A stretch of DNA of 64,000 nucleotides, taken from positions 820,753 through 884,752 of the forward strand of contig CAVWEX010000001.1 of NCBI GenBank assembly GCA_963754125.1. The letters are read 5' to 3'. The notes under the pieces are model-generated. The model was not told where the DNA came from. It ran no database searches and saw only the letters and a program-made list of their open reading frames with translations. Origin of the DNA: an uncultured Gammaproteobacteria bacterium (lineage in GTDB: Bacteria; Pseudomonadota; Gammaproteobacteria; Steroidobacterales; Steroidobacteraceae). Of this stretch, positions 33,961 through 49,247 are shown one piece after another (the first letter of the stretch is position 1; each line of letters begins with the position of its first letter). Position numbers and translations under genes: made by a program.

Positions 33961-34617
33961 ATGCACCACGACTTCTGGCACGAGCGTTGGCAGGCCGGGC
34001 AGATCGGCTTCCACCAGTCGGCCGTGCATCCGCTCCTCGCGCGCTGGTGGCCACGACTCGATCTGCCGAACGAGGCGCGCGTCTACGTGCCGCTCTGCGG
34101 CAAGAGCCTCGACATGGTGTGGCTCGCCGAACGCGGCCATGCGGTCGTCGGCAGCGAGCTGAGTCCGATCGCCATCCGGGACTTCTTCGCCGGGCGCGGC
34201 CTCGCGCCAACGCAGACGGACGAGCCCGGGTTTCGCCGCCACGCTGCCGGGCCGTTCGAGATCATCGAAGGCGATGCGCTCGCGCTCACCCCGGAACTGC
34301 TCGGGCCGATCGCCGCCGCCTACGACCGGGCGGCGCTCGTCGCCCTGCCGCCGGACCTGCGGCGCCCTTACGCCGAGTCGCTCGCGCGGCTGCTGCCGAG
34401 CGGTGCGAGGGCGCTGCTCATTGCTTTCGAGTACCCGCAGGAGATGAAGGGCGGACCGCCGTTCTCGGTCGAGGCTGCGGAGATCCACGAGCTGTTCGAG
34501 CCCGACTTCAAAGTCGAGCAGGTCGAGCGGCTGGACGTCCTGGCGGAGAGCCCGAAGTTCGCCGAGGTCGGGATCCCGGCGCTGTTCGAGACGGTGTTCA
34601 TTTTGGAACGAACCTGA
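33961..34617 (+). CDS. tpm: Thiopurine S-methyltransferase
   Basis: The ORF is an intact 218 aa: FWHERWQAGQIGFHQSAVHPLL...VYVPLCGKSLDMVWLAERGHAVVGSELSPIAI. Confidence 0.85.
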   Translation: MHHDFWHERWQAGQIGFHQSAVHPLLARWWPRLDLPNEARVYVPLCGKSLDMVWLAERGHAVVGSELSPIAIRDFFAGRGLAPTQTDEPGFRRHAAGPFEIIEGDALALTPELLGPIAAAYDRAALVALPPDLRRPYAESLARLLPSGARALLIAFEYPQEMKGGPPFSVEAAEIHELFEPDFKVEQVERLDVLAESPKFAEVGIPALFETVFILERT

Positions 34618-34808
34618 CGATCCGCCGGGTGGCGACGACTGCTCAGAGCAGCCGTCGCCTCGATCGATCGGCCGGACGAGTACTCACTCGTCAGCAAGGT
34701 CGCCATTTGAAGCCGTGGCGCCGTAACCCATCGGCCGCAGCGGCAACACTCAGCGCAGCGCGTTCACCTCGTCGAACATCTCCATCGTCGCGGGCCTCCT
34801 CGCCGGCC

Positions 34809-35099
34809 TCAGTCGAAGTGCAGCTCACGCTGGTGGCGTATGCGCAGCACGAGGACGACATCAGTGGCGGGATTGTATCGGTACAAGGCTATGTAGCCGG
34901 TCCGGCCACGCGAGATCAGTAACTCGCGCAGGTCGGCCTCGACAGGTCGACCAATCAGTGGATGATCCTGGAGGGTCCGAAGACCCCCCAGAATGAGCGG
35001 CACGGTTTCGGCCGCCACTTCTGGAGCCCGATCCATCAGGAATTCGATCAGGCGATCGAGATCTTCAAACGCACGCGTGGCGAACTGCAGTCCCGGCAC
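34809..35099 (-). CDS. parE: ParE/RelE-family toxin
   Basis: 96 aa: FATRAFEDLDRLIEFL...HPLIGRPVEADLRELLISRGRTGYIALYRYNPATDVVLVLRIRHQRE. Confidence 0.8.
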   Translation of the reverse strand: MPGLQFATRAFEDLDRLIEFLMDRAPEVAAETVPLILGGLRTLQDHPLIGRPVEADLRELLISRGRTGYIALYRYNPATDVVLVLRIRHQRELHFD

Positions 35100-35115
35100 G
35101 GCGAACGCTGCTGGT

Positions 35116-35398
35116 TCAGACCTTGCGACGACGTGGCCGACGCTCTGCCTTGCCGGAGAGTTTCGACTGCAGGTAGCTCAGCACTTCGTCGCCGTCATAA
35201 ACGAGCCCGGACTGCGCGACCTCGCGTTCGGCCTCGAGCGCCGACGCAACGAACTCGCGCCGACGCTCAGCGAGCCGCGTCTGGGCCTCGATCGCCTCGA
35301 CCATGAATGCGTGGGGCGATTGGCCAGCAGCCTGCGCCGCCTCGGCGACGCGATCCTTGAGTTCGGCGGGCAGCTTCGAGTGTCGTGGAGGATGACAT
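35116..35398 (-). CDS. parD: ParD-like ribbon-helix-helix antitoxin
   Basis: The sequence is [54 protein letters not shown]... ATG 35398 (MSSST..) is one base out of frame with the body, so an indel lies near 35380-35395. The gene ends 16 nt upstream of parE. Confidence 0.65.
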
Positions 35399-35447
35399 GG
35401 CCGACACCTCGAAGGTGACACCAAAGTAACACCCGACTCCGGGACGG

Positions 35448-35864
35448 TCAATCGACCGCTGGACGCCCTGAGGTGCGCTGGGACGCCCACCAGCGCCTCG
35501 ATCATCGGCCGATCCGCCTCGAGGATGTCCTCCTCGTGCAGGCGGGCGGGCGCCACCCACTTGAAGGCCTGGCCGTCGAGGCCCTGCGGCTCGCCGCTCC
35601 AGGCGCTGACGGTCCACAGGTCGAGCCAGACGGTGCGGTCGGGATACGCGTGCGGGTAGCGCAACAGTCGCTCGGCGGCGTGCACCGTCACGCCGAGTTC
35701 CTCGCCGAGCTCGCGCACGAGGCCGTCGAACGCGGACTCGCCCTCGTGCAGCTTGCCGCCGGGAAACTCCCAGCGCCCGGCGAGCGCCTTGCCGGGCGGC
35801 CGTTGCGCGATCAGCACGCGCCCGTCGGCGTCGAACAGCGCACCGGCGACGACCTCGACGATGC

Positions 35865-35868
<4 letters not shown>
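35448..35868 (-). CDS. mutT: 8-oxo-dGTP diphosphatase MutT (Nudix)
   Basis: GTG 35868 overlaps the secA stop (GTGA). The Nudix box is [24 protein letters not shown]. As given, the frame reads through into parD. Deleting one base of the CCC run at 35466-35468 gives ...[13 protein letters not shown] followed by TGA at 35448-35450, which I use as the 3' end. Confidence 0.75.
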
Positions 35869-38646
<2,778 letters not shown>

Positions 38647-38787
38647 TGGGGCTCCAGGGAGGGGCGAACGGAAAGCCGGGTATTTTACAGGAAGGCCGCC
38701 GCGACTGTGGGCCGCAGGGCACGGAATGCCCGGTGACGCGGCCGATGCGCGAACCCGCGCTGGAGTGCCGGCGACCCGTCGTCGGCG

Positions 38788-39705
38788 CTACTGCGCCGAC
38801 AGGTACTGCGTCGGGTTCACCGTCTTGCCGTCGCGCTCGACTTCGAAGTGCACGTGCACGCCCGTCGAACGTCCCGTGCTGCCGATGACGGCGATCGCCT
38901 CGCCCTTCTGGACAGTCTCGCCCTCGCGCACCGTGTTGCGCGAGTTGTGCCCGTAGCGGGTGAGGTAGCCGGTCGGGTGGGTGATCTCCACCACGTAGCC
39001 GTAACCCTGCTTGTAGCCCGAGAACGAGACCACGCCCGGACCGGTCGCGATCACCTTGGTGCCCGGCGGGGCGGCGAAATCCACGCCGGCGTGGAAGGCG
39101 CCGCGGCCGTGGAACGGATCCGAGCGATAGCCGAAGCGCGAGGAAATCCAGCCGCCGACGATCGGCCAGCCGCCGGGCATGATGCGCTCGCCGAGGCTGC
39201 GCGTGGACATCAGGCTCTCGAGGGCCGTGAGCTGGCGCTGGCGGTCGATGAGCTGCGTCTCGAGCGCGTCGAGCGCCGCGGTGAGCTCGGGCACCGCCAT
39301 CGTGCCGCCGGGGAATTCCCCGCCGTCGGGGCCACCGGCGGGCGGGGGCTGGTCGAAGTCGAACTCGCCACGGTCGAGGCCGGCGAGGTCGGTGACCCGG
39401 CGACCCATCGCGTCGAGCCGGATGAGATGCGCGTTGAGCGTGCCGATGCGGCTCGCGAGCGCGTTCACCTTGCCCTGCATCTCGCTGCGGACGACGTTGA
39501 CGCTGACGCGCTGCTGATCGATCTCGCGCGCGACCGCGGCGCGGTCGAGCGGTCCGGCAACGAATCGGCCGATTTCCATGCCCGCCGTGAACACCGCGCC
39601 CACTCCCAGCAGGAGGCCGGCAGCGGCGAGGAGGACCGTACGGGGCTGCTTCAGGTCGACCTGGAACACTCGCCCAGTCCGACCCGTCACGATTTGAAGA
39701 TTCAT
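38788..39705 (-). CDS. M23/LytM-family metallopeptidase with N-terminal anchor and coiled coil
   Basis: The ORF is an intact 305 aa with HAGVDFAAP, GYVVEITH and GSTGRSTGVHVHFEV. Confidence 0.85.
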   Translation of the reverse strand: MNLQIVTGRTGRVFQVDLKQPRTVLLAAAGLLLGVGAVFTAGMEIGRFVAGPLDRAAVAREIDQQRVSVNVVRSEMQGKVNALASRIGTLNAHLIRLDAMGRRVTDLAGLDRGEFDFDQPPPAGGPDGGEFPGGTMAVPELTAALDALETQLIDRQRQLTALESLMSTRSLGERIMPGGWPIVGGWISSRFGYRSDPFHGRGAFHAGVDFAAPPGTKVIATGPGVVSFSGYKQGYGYVVEITHPTGYLTRYGHNSRNTVREGETVQKGEAIAVIGSTGRSTGVHVHFEVERDGKTVNPTQYLSAQ

Positions 39706-39948
39706 TAAGCGGCGCTCACCCTATCAGCGGCCGTCGAGTATGCGCAGACCCCCCGTAGGGGCATCGGCGCTGCGTCACATTTCAGGACAGGGCCGTCCGA
39801 GGGAATGAACCTGAGTGCCGGCCGCCGACTTGATTAATGTCGTTGGCGGCCAGGAGGTGGACCAGCCCAGTCGCAAGGCGGCAGACTATGCCGGATGCCG
39901 GGTGCCGCTGGCAAATTTTCCGACACTTTTGTACACACGATCTTGATA

Positions 39949-40257
39949 ATGAGCGACCCTCTCAAGCCCCTTTTCGCCGACCTGGCCGGCGGCCTGCTCA
40001 AGCTCACCCGGGGCGCCGCCGACGCGGCCGAGTTCGGCACCAGCGTGCGGGAATGCCTGCCGGAGGCGTTGCGCCTGCACGTCGTCACCGCCGTCCGGCG
40101 CGGCGACGATCTCGTCGTCATCGTGGATTCGGCGGCCTGGGCCGCGCGGGTGCGTTACGCCGGACCGCGACTGCAGGAGCAGTTGCTCGCGCGCGGGGAA
40201 GCGGTCACGGGCAAGGTGCGGGTGCGCGTCGGCCGTCCCGCGGTCACAAGCGCCTGA
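39949..40257 (+). CDS. DUF721/DciA-like protein
   Basis: ATG 39949, 102 aa. The C-terminal pattern is [25 protein letters not shown]. Its position between the secA-side M23 gene and lpxC matches my recollection of Pseudomonas-type loci. Confidence 0.55.
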   Translation: MSDPLKPLFADLAGGLLKLTRGAADAAEFGTSVRECLPEALRLHVVTAVRRGDDLVVIVDSAAWAARVRYAGPRLQEQLLARGEAVTGKVRVRVGRPAVTSA

Positions 40258-40267
40258 GCGCCGACGG

Positions 40268-41180
40268 TCAGGCGGTGGCTGCGGCCGGCACGTAGGAGAT
40301 CGGCGCGTCGGCCAGGGTCTCGAAAGTCACTTCTTCCCACGCGGTCTCGTCCGCCATCAGCGTGCGCAGCAGGCGGTTGTTGAGGCCGTGGCCCGACTTG
40401 TAGCCGCTGAACTCGCCGATCAGGCTGTGCCCGAGCAGGTAGAGGTCCCCGATCGCGTCGAGGATCTTGTGCTTCACGAACTCGTCCTCGCAGCGCAGGC
40501 CGTCCTCGTTGAGGATGCGCGAGTCGTCGAGCACGATGGCATTGTCGAGGTTGCCGCCGAGCGCGAGGTTGTGCGAGCGCATGTACTCGAGGTCGCGCAT
40601 GAAGCCGAAGGTGCGCGCCCGGCTCACCTCGCGCAGGAAGGTGGTCGTGGAGAAGTCCATCGAGGCCGCCTGCGAGCGGCGCTTGAACACCGGGTGGTCG
40701 AACTCGATTTCGAAGTTGACCTTGAAACCGTCGTAGGGATCGAAGCGCGCCCACTTGTCGCCGTCCTCGACCTTGACGCTGCGCTTGATGCGCACGAAGG
40801 TCTTCGGCGCCGCCTGCTCCTCGATGCCCGGCCGACTGCAGCAGGAACACGAACGGACCGGCGCTGCCGTCCATGATCGGCACCTCGCCGGCGCTGAGCT
40901 CGACGATCGCGTTGTCGATGCCGAGGCCCGCGAGTGCCGAGAGCAGGTGCTCGATGGTCGAGACCTTGGCCCCGTCCTTGACGAGCGTCGTGCCCAGCGT
41001 GGTCTCGCCGACGTGGTCGAAGCGCGCCGGGATGTCCACCGGCTCGTCGAGGTCGGTGCGGCGGAACGTGATGCCCGTGTACGGCGCCGCCGGGCGCAGC
41101 ACCATCAGCACCTTGGTGCCGGTGTGCAGGCCGACGCCGGTGGCGCGGATGGAATTCCTGAGTGTGCGTTGCTTGAGCAT
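40268..41180 (-). CDS. lpxC: UDP-3-O-acyl-N-acetylglucosamine deacetylase
   Basis: ATG 41180. Motifs: [42 protein letters not shown]. One extra base in the run at 40827-40829 splits the gene into ORFs 40155..41255 and 40268..40795. Confidence 0.95.
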
Positions 41181-41312
41181 GCTCGGTTGCGGCAGGCCCG
41201 GGGCCGGGCCCGGGGCCGGGGATGCCCCGACGAATTCGGCCCGGAAAGATAGCACACGGCGCCCGCGCGCGCAGGCGCTGCCCGCCGGCTACGTCGCCGG
41301 CGGGCCAGGAGT

Positions 41313-42479
41313 TCAGTCCGCCTGCCGCCGCAGGAACGCAGGGATGTCGAGGTACGTGTCGTCGGCATCCGCGCGGACGTCGTCGCCCACGGCGCGCTGC
41401 CGGCGGTGCACCGCCGGCAGCTCGATGTCGGCCAGGCCCGGAATCGGGCGCCGGCCCTGGCGACCGCCCGCGACGAGTTCCACCTTGGCCTGCGAGCCGG
41501 CCGGCATGCCGCGCACGGCGGCCGGGCGGCCGATCCCGGTCGCGACGACCGTGACCCGGATCTGGTCGGTCATCTCGGGATCGATCACGTAGCCCACGAC
41601 CACCGTCGCATCCTCGGACGCGAACTGCTTGATGGTGTCGCCCACGACGTGGAACTCGCTGGTGCGCAGGTCCATGCCGGCCGTGACGTTGATCAGCAGG
41701 CCGTGCGCGCCGGAGAGGTTCACGTCCTCGAGCAGCGGGCTCGAGATGGCGGCCTCGGCCGCGGCGCGGGCGCGGTTCTCGCCGGTCGCGGCGCCCGAGC
41801 CCATCATGGCCATGCCGGTCTCGGCCATCACCGTGCGCACGTCGGCGAAGTCCACGTTGATGAGGCCCGGCCGCGTGATGAGCTCGGCGATGCCCTGCAC
41901 CGCGCCCTGCAGCACCTGGTTCGCGGAGCGGAACGCGTCGAGCAGCGTCGTGTCGCCGCCGAGCACCGTGAGCAGCTTCTGGTTCGGGATGGTGATCAGC
42001 GAGTCCACGTACTTGCCGAGCTCGCCGATGCCCTGGTCGGCGAGCGCGTGGCGCTTGTTGCCTTCCATCTCGAAGGGCTTGGTGACCACGGCGACCGTGA
42101 GGATGCCGAGCTCCTTCGCGACCTGCGCCACCACCGGGGCCGCGCCCGTACCGGTGCCGCCGCCCATGCCGGCGGTGATGAAGATCATGTCGGAGCCGTC
42201 CACCAGCTCGACGATGCGGTCACGGTCTTCCATCGCGGCCTGGCGACCCACTTCCGGGTCGGCGCCGGCGCCGAGGCCCTTGGTGATGTTCAAGCCGATC
42301 TGCAGGCTCGACTTCACCCTGGAATGCTTGAGCGCCTGCGCGTCGGTGTTGATGCAGACGAAGTCGACGCCCTCGATGCCCGAGGTGACCATGTGGGTAA
42401 CCGCGTTGCCGCCGCCGCCACCGACTCCGATGACCTTGATGACAGCCCCCTGATTCTCCGTGTCTGCGAGTACGAACAT
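41313..42479 (-). CDS. ftsZ: Cell division GTPase FtsZ
   Basis: The ORF is an intact 388 aa with the tubulin signature GVGGGGGNAV, NTDAQAL and GGGTGTGAAP. Confidence 0.97.
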   Translation of the reverse strand: MFVLADTENQGAVIKVIGVGGGGGNAVTHMVTSGIEGVDFVCINTDAQALKHSRVKSSLQIGLNITKGLGAGADPEVGRQAAMEDRDRIVELVDGSDMIFITAGMGGGTGTGAAPVVAQVAKELGILTVAVVTKPFEMEGNKRHALADQGIGELGKYVDSLITIPNQKLLTVLGGDTTLLDAFRSANQVLQGAVQGIAELITRPGLINVDFADVRTVMAETGMAMMGSGAATGENRARAAAEAAISSPLLEDVNLSGAHGLLINVTAGMDLRTSEFHVVGDTIKQFASEDATVVVGYVIDPEMTDQIRVTVVATGIGRPAAVRGMPAGSQAKVELVAGGRQGRRPIPGLADIELPAVHRRQRAVGDDVRADADDTYLDIPAFLRRQAD

Positions 42480-42564
42480 TGTTTGACGCTCCGATGATGT
42501 GAGTTTGACCGAGTGACCGCGTTACGTAGCCGAATGCCGTTGCCTTGCCCCTGCCTGCCCCTGC

Positions 42565-43803
42565 TCAGAAGTTCCCCTGGAACCACGACTTCATGCGCTC
42601 CACGACGCTGCGCACGTTGCTCGCGACCGGCCGGCCGCGACCGTGCTGGCGCAGGTGGTTCTCGCGCCCGAACAGCAGCAAGCCCACGCCGGTGGAATGA
42701 ATCGGATTACGCACGACGTCGACGAGACCGCTCACGCCCTGCGGCAGGCCGAGCCGCACCGGTGCGTGGAAGATTTCCTCGGCGAGGTCGATGGCGCCTT
42801 CCATCTTGGCGCTGCCGCCCGTGAGCACGATGCCGGCGGCGATCTGGTTCTCGAAGCCCGCGCGATGGATCTCCTCGCGGACCTGCATCAGGATCTCCTC
42901 GTAGCGCGCCTCGACGACGCTCGCGAGCGTCTGCCGCGCGAGCCGGCGCGCCGGGCGCTCGCCGACGCTCGGCACCTCGATGGTCTCGTCGGCGTTCGCG
43001 AGCTGCGAGAGCGCGCACGCGTAGCGGATCTTGAGCTCCTCGGCGTGGTGCGTCGGCGTGCGCAGCGCCTGCGCGATGTCGCCCGTGACCATGTCGCCGG
43101 CGATCGGGATCACGGCCGTGTGCCGGATCGCGCCACCGTGGAACACGGCGACGTCGGTCGTGCCGCCGCCGACGTCGATCAGGCAGACGCCGAGTTCCTT
43201 CTCGTCCTCGGCGAGCACCGCGTAGCTCGAGGCGAGCTGCTCGAGCACGATGTCCTCGACCTCGAGGCCGCAGCGCTGCACGCACTTGACGATGTTCTGC
43301 GCGGCGCTGTCGGCGCCGGTGACGATGTGCACCTTCGCCTCGAGCCGCACGCCCGACATGCCCACCGGCTCGCGGATGCCGTCCTGGGAGTCGATGATGA
43401 ATTCCTGCGGCAGGATGTGCAGGATCTTCTGGTCGGCCGGGATCGCCACCGCGCGCGCCGCGTCGATCACGCGCTCGACGTCGCCGGGCGTCACTTCCTT
43501 GTCGCGGATCGCGACGATGCCGTGCGAGTTGAGGCTGCGCACGTGGCTGCCGGCGATGCCGGCGAACACCGAGCGGATCTCGCAGCCGGCCATCAGCTCC
43601 GCCTCCTCGACGGCGCGCTGGATGGACTGCACGGTTGAGTCGATGTTGACGACGACGCCGCGCTTGAGGCCGCGCGAGGGGTGCGAGCCGACGCCGACCA
43701 CCTCGATGGTGTCGTCCGCGGCGAGTTCGCCCACGATCGCGACGACCTTCGAGGTGCCGATGTCGAGGCCGACGATCAGGTTGCGTTCGGGCTTTCTAGG
43801 CAT
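42565..43803 (-). CDS. ftsA: Cell division protein FtsA
   Basis: ATG 43803. The ORF is an intact 412 aa with actin-like motifs GLDIGTSKV and DVGGGTTD. Confidence 0.95.
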   Translation of the reverse strand: MPRKPERNLIVGLDIGTSKVVAIVGELAADDTIEVVGVGSHPSRGLKRGVVVNIDSTVQSIQRAVEEAELMAGCEIRSVFAGIAGSHVRSLNSHGIVAIRDKEVTPGDVERVIDAARAVAIPADQKILHILPQEFIIDSQDGIREPVGMSGVRLEAKVHIVTGADSAAQNIVKCVQRCGLEVEDIVLEQLASSYAVLAEDEKELGVCLIDVGGGTTDVAVFHGGAIRHTAVIPIAGDMVTGDIAQALRTPTHHAEELKIRYACALSQLANADETIEVPSVGERPARRLARQTLASVVEARYEEILMQVREEIHRAGFENQIAAGIVLTGGSAKMEGAIDLAEEIFHAPVRLGLPQGVSGLVDVVRNPIHSTGVGLLLFGRENHLRQHGRGRPVASNVRSVVERMKSWFQGNF

Positions 43804-44590
43804 CGGGTGTCGCGTCCTCCTGCGGTGCGACGGCGAGCGCGGAACGCGCGTTCCAGCCGACGCTGAATCCATTGGTGTAGCGCATGTCCACGTAGCGGAT
43901 CTCCGCCGGACGCTGCGCGACGAGAGGGCCGGCAAGCCGCACGAAGCGGTCCAGCCGGTCGGTGACGGCGAGGCGACCGAGACGCACGCGCACGCCGTTG
44001 GCGAGCTCGAGCTCCCAGGCGCCGCGCTCGTCGAGGCGCACGCCGGTGAGGCGCAGGCCGGCCTCGAGGAAGCGGCCCTGCGCGTCGAGGTACAGCTGGG
44101 CGACCAGGCCCTCGCTGCCCTCGGGCCCCTCGAGCCGCGGCAGCTCCGCCGGCACGTGGCGCGCGTGGCCGAGGAACAGCTCGCCGCGCACGTTCAGCAG
44201 TCCCGTGTCGTTCCATCGCGCCGCCGGCACCTGCTCGGTGACCTCGACGCGGATCGAGTCCGGCCAGCGCCGTGCCACGACGGCGCGGTCCACCCACTCG
44301 ATGCGCTCGATCCGCTCTCGAACCGCATCGAGGTCCACGGTCGCGAGCCCGCCCTGCACCGCCTCGGCCACGGCCGCCTCGATCTCGGGCGGCGCGACGC
44401 GCTGGAACGGGCCCTCGACCAGCACGCGGCGCACCGGACGGTCGAGCGCCACGGTGACGAGCGCGACGAGCGCCGCACAGGCGGCGAGCGTGCCTGCCAC
44501 GCCGCCGACCGCGCGCCAGTCGATGCGCTCGAGCAGCGTCGGCCCGTCGGCCGGTGCGCGTGGTCGATTGCGGTTCTTGCGGGTCAGCAT
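43796..44590 (-). CDS. ftsQ: Cell division protein FtsQ
   Basis: ATG 44590, 264 aa. There is a TM helix followed by a POTRA-like segment (VLVEGPFQRVAPPEIEAAV). The gene lies between ddl and ftsA. Confidence 0.85.
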   Translation of the reverse strand: MLTRKNRNRPRAPADGPTLLERIDWRAVGGVAGTLAACAALVALVTVALDRPVRRVLVEGPFQRVAPPEIEAAVAEAVQGGLATVDLDAVRERIERIEWVDRAVVARRWPDSIRVEVTEQVPAARWNDTGLLNVRGELFLGHARHVPAELPRLEGPEGSEGLVAQLYLDAQGRFLEAGLRLTGVRLDERGAWELELANGVRVRLGRLAVTDRLDRFVRLAGPLVAQRPAEIRYVDMRYTNGFSVGWNARSALAVAPQEDATPDA

Positions 44591-44600
44591 CGGAGGTTCC

Positions 44601-45553
44601 TCAGGCCGTCCGTGGTGCAAGGCTCGTCTCGAGGACGCGCCAGACCAGGTCGTCGAACTCGATGCCGCGCTGCCGCGCCGCCTTCGGCACCAGCGAGTGG
44701 CTCGTCATGCCGGGCGCGGTGTTCACCTCGAGCAGCCACGGGCGGCCGGCGCGGTCGCGCATGAAGTCCACCCGGCCCCAGCCGCTGCAGCCGACCGCGA
44801 AGAACGCCGCGAGCGCGAGGCTGCCGAGTTCCTGCTCGGTGGCGCCGCTCGCGCCCGGGCACAGGTACTGCGTGTCCTCGGCGACGTACTTGGCGTGGTA
44901 GTCGTAGTACTCGCCCGCCGGCACGATGCGAATCGACGGCAGCGCCTCCGCGCCCAGCACGGCGACGGTGTACTCCTCTCCCTGGATCAGCTGCTCGACC
45001 AGCAGCGGCCCCTCGTAACGCGCGGCGAGCGCGACGGCGGCGTCGAGGTCGGCGTCGTGGAAGCAACGGCTCACGCCCACGCTCGAGCCCTCGCAGGCGG
45101 GCTTCACGATCACCGGCAGGCCGATCTTGCGCGCGGCTGCCACCACGTCGTCGCCGCGCTCGAGGCTCGCGTACGCCGGCGTCGGCAGGCCGAGCGACAG
45201 CCACACCTGCTTGGTGCGGATCTTGTCCATGGAGAGGGCGGAGCCGAGCACGCCCGAGCCCGTATACGGCACGTCGAGCGCATCGAGCAGGCCCTGCAGC
45301 ACGCCGTCCTCGCCGCCGCCGCGGTTGCCGTGCAGGATGTTGAAGACGCGCTCGAAGCGGCGGCCTGCGGCGGCCGTCAGTGCCTCGACAAGGGCCGGGA
45401 TGCCGTCCACGGCCTGCGCGTCCACGCCGAGGCGCTTGAGCGCCTCGAGCACGTTGCGCCCGGAGTCGAGCGACACCTCGCGCTCGGAGGAGGTGCCGCC
45501 CATCAGCACGGCGACGCGGCCGAAGGCGCGCGGGTCGGTCACTCGATGCGCGT

Positions 45554-45557
<4 letters not shown>
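44601..45557 (-). CDS. ddl: D-alanine--D-alanine ligase
   Basis: ATG 45557 overlaps the murC stop (ATGA). The ORF is an intact 318 aa: [35 protein letters not shown]. Confidence 0.93.
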
Positions 45558-46966
<1,409 letters not shown>

Positions 46967-46974
46967 GCGGTCGT

Positions 46975-48066
46975 TCACGGCACACCTCCCGCGGCGGCGA
47001 CGCAGGCATCGGCGAGCCGCTGGTCCGCGTCCGGGATGGACGTGGCCCGCGCGGCACGCGCCATGCGCTCGAGTGCCGGGCGTCCCGCCTCGAGCAACTC
47101 GCGCAGCCGCTCGGCCAGCGAGCGCGGCGTGAGCCCACTCTCGGGCAGCAGCACCGCGGCGCCCGCCTGCACGGCGAACTCGGCGTTGCGCGTCTGGTGG
47201 TCGTCCACGGCCGCCGGGAACGGGACGAGCACGGCCCCGACGCCCGCCGCCGCCAGCTCGGCGACCGTGAGCGCGCCGGAACGGCACACGGCGAGATCCG
47301 CCCAGCCATACGCCCCGGCCATGTCGTCGATGAACGGCCGCACGTCGGCCTCGATGCCGCGCGAGCGGTACGCGGCACGGGTCTCGTCGAAGCCGTGGCT
47401 GCCGGTCTGGTGCAGCACCTCGGGCCGCAGCGCCGCCGGCAGCTCGGCAAGCGCCGCCGGCACGACCGCATTGAGCCGCGCGGACCCCTGGCTGCCGCCG
47501 AACACCAGCAGCCGGGCGCGACCCTCGCGCGCGGCAAAGCGGCGCTCGGGCGGGGCGACCGCCGCGATCTCCGGCCGGACGGGATTGCCGACGTGCACGG
47601 CGCGCACGCCGCCACCGAAGCTGCCCGGGAAGCCCTCGAGCACGCGGCCCGCGAGCCGCGCGAGCAGGCGATTCGTGAGGCCCGCGACGGCGTTCTGCTC
47701 GTGCACCACGAGCGGCCGCCGCAGCAGCCACGCGGCCACGCCGCCGGGGCCCGAGGCGAAGCCGCCGGCGCCGAGCACCACGCTCGGCCGGTGCCGGCGC
47801 ACGGCGCCGAGCGCCTGCACCAGCGCCAGCGCCAGCCGGAACGGCGCCGCCAGCAGCGTCGCGATACCCTTGCCGCGCAGCCCGCTGACGCTCAGCCACT
47901 CGACCGGGATGCCCTCGGCCGGCACCAGCCGCGCCTCGATGCCGCGGCGCGTGCCGAGCCACACGATGTCGTAGCCGCGGCTCTTCAGCACGCGCGCAGT
48001 CGCGAGCGCCGGGAAGACGTGCCCGCCGGTGCCGCCCGCCATGATCAGTGCCACGCCGCGGCTCAT
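46975..48066 (-). CDS. murG: Undecaprenyl-PP-MurNAc-pentapeptide GlcNAc transferase
   Basis: ATG 48066 overlaps the ftsW stop (ATGA). Motif: [14 protein letters not shown]. The frame is intact. Confidence 0.93.
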   Translation of the reverse strand: MSRGVALIMAGGTGGHVFPALATARVLKSRGYDIVWLGTRRGIEARLVPAEGIPVEWLSVSGLRGKGIATLLAAPFRLALALVQALGAVRRHRPSVVLGAGGFASGPGGVAAWLLRRPLVVHEQNAVAGLTNRLLARLAGRVLEGFPGSFGGGVRAVHVGNPVRPEIAAVAPPERRFAAREGRARLLVFGGSQGSARLNAVVPAALAELPAALRPEVLHQTGSHGFDETRAAYRSRGIEADVRPFIDDMAGAYGWADLAVCRSGALTVAELAAAGVGAVLVPFPAAVDDHQTRNAEFAVQAGAAVLLPESGLTPRSLAERLRELLEAGRPALERMARAARATSIPDADQRLADACVAAAGGVP

Positions 48067-49247
48067 TCGCGCCTGGCCTCCCGCGGCACGGCCGAACGGC
48101 CGGTCGCCTGGGTCTCGTGGTGAACCCGCAGCAGCACGCCGAGCCAGGCGAGCGTGACCAGCATGCTGCTGCCGCCGTAGGAGAGCAGCGGCAGCGTCAG
48201 GCCCTTGGTCGGCAGCAGCCCCATGTTCACGCCCACGTTCACGAACACCTGCAGGCCGAGCCAGACGCCGACGGCCGCCGCCAGCAGCGACTGGAACGCG
48301 AGGCCGGCCCGCGCCGCGTTGCGCGAGATCGCGAGTGCGCGGCCCACCAGCAGCGCGAACAGGCCGAGCACCAGCACGACGCCGACGAGGCCGAACTCCT
48401 CGGCCAGCACCGCGAACACGAAGTCGGTGTGCGCCTCCGGCAGGTAGAAGAGCTTCTGCACGCTCGAGCCGAGGCCCACGCCCAGCCACTCGCCGCGGCC
48501 GATCGCGATCAGCGACTGCGTGAGCTGGAAGCCGCTGTCGAAGGCGTCCGCCCAGGGGTTGCGGAACGAGGTGAGCCGGCGCAGCCGGTAGGACGAGGTG
48601 ACCGCGAGCGCCGTCATCGCCGCCACGCCCAGCACCAGCGGCACCAGCAGGTGACGGATCCGCACCCCGGCGAGGAACAGCACGGCGAGGCCGGTCGCCA
48701 TGAGCACGGTGGCGGCGCCGAAGTCCGGCTCGAGCAGCAGCAGCACCGCGGCGCCCACGAGCACCGCCACGGGCTTGATGAAGCCCTTGAAGTCGGCACG
48801 CAGCTCGTCGGCGCGGCGCACCGCGTAGCTCGCGACGTAGCTCAGCAGCAGCACGCGCGCGAGCTCGGAGACCTGGAAGTTCATGAACCCGAGGCGGACC
48901 CAGCGGCGGCTGCCGTTCACCTCGTGGCCGATGCCGGGCACGAGCACGAGCAGCAGCAGCAGGAAGGCCACGCCCATCAGCACCTTGGAGTACTTGTCCC
49001 ACAGGGCGGTCGGGATGCTCACCGCGATCACGGCGGCCACGAGCCCGAGGCAGACGAAGGCGAGCTGGCGCTGGAAGTAATGGAACGGCGTGCCGAGGTC
49101 GCGGTCGGACACGCCGATCGAGGCGGAGGCGACCATCACGAGGCCCACCAGCAGCAGCGCCGCGACCGGGCCGATCACCCAGGGGTCGAGCACGAGCCGG
49201 CGCGGACGGCCGGTGGAGCGTGCGTAGGAAAGGGTTGCGGCGGTCAT
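48063..49247 (-). CDS. ftsW: SEDS-family peptidoglycan polymerase FtsW
   Basis: ATG 49247 overlaps the murD stop (ATGA). The protein is polytopic: [42 protein letters not shown]. The frame is intact. Confidence 0.92.
   Translation of the reverse strand: MTAATLSYARSTGRPRRLVLDPWVIGPVAALLLVGLVMVASASIGVSDRDLGTPFHYFQRQLAFVCLGLVAAVIAVSIPTALWDKYSKVLMGVAFLLLLLVLVPGIGHEVNGSRRWVRLGFMNFQVSELARVLLLSYVASYAVRRADELRADFKGFIKPVAVLVGAAVLLLLEPDFGAATVLMATGLAVLFLAGVRIRHLLVPLVLGVAAMTALAVTSSYRLRRLTSFRNPWADAFDSGFQLTQSLIAIGRGEWLGVGLGSSVQKLFYLPEAHTDFVFAVLAEEFGLVGVVLVLGLFALLVGRALAISRNAARAGLAFQSLLAAAVGVWLGLQVFVNVGVNMGLLPTKGLTLPLLSYGGSSMLVTLAWLGVLLRVHHETQATGRSAVPREARRE

Noticed and set aside
39905-39925. A sigma-54-like TGGCAA-N5 element upstream of the DUF721 gene.
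   Set aside because: The -12 region lacks the obligatory GC (it reads CCGA), so it is not a credible RpoN promoter.
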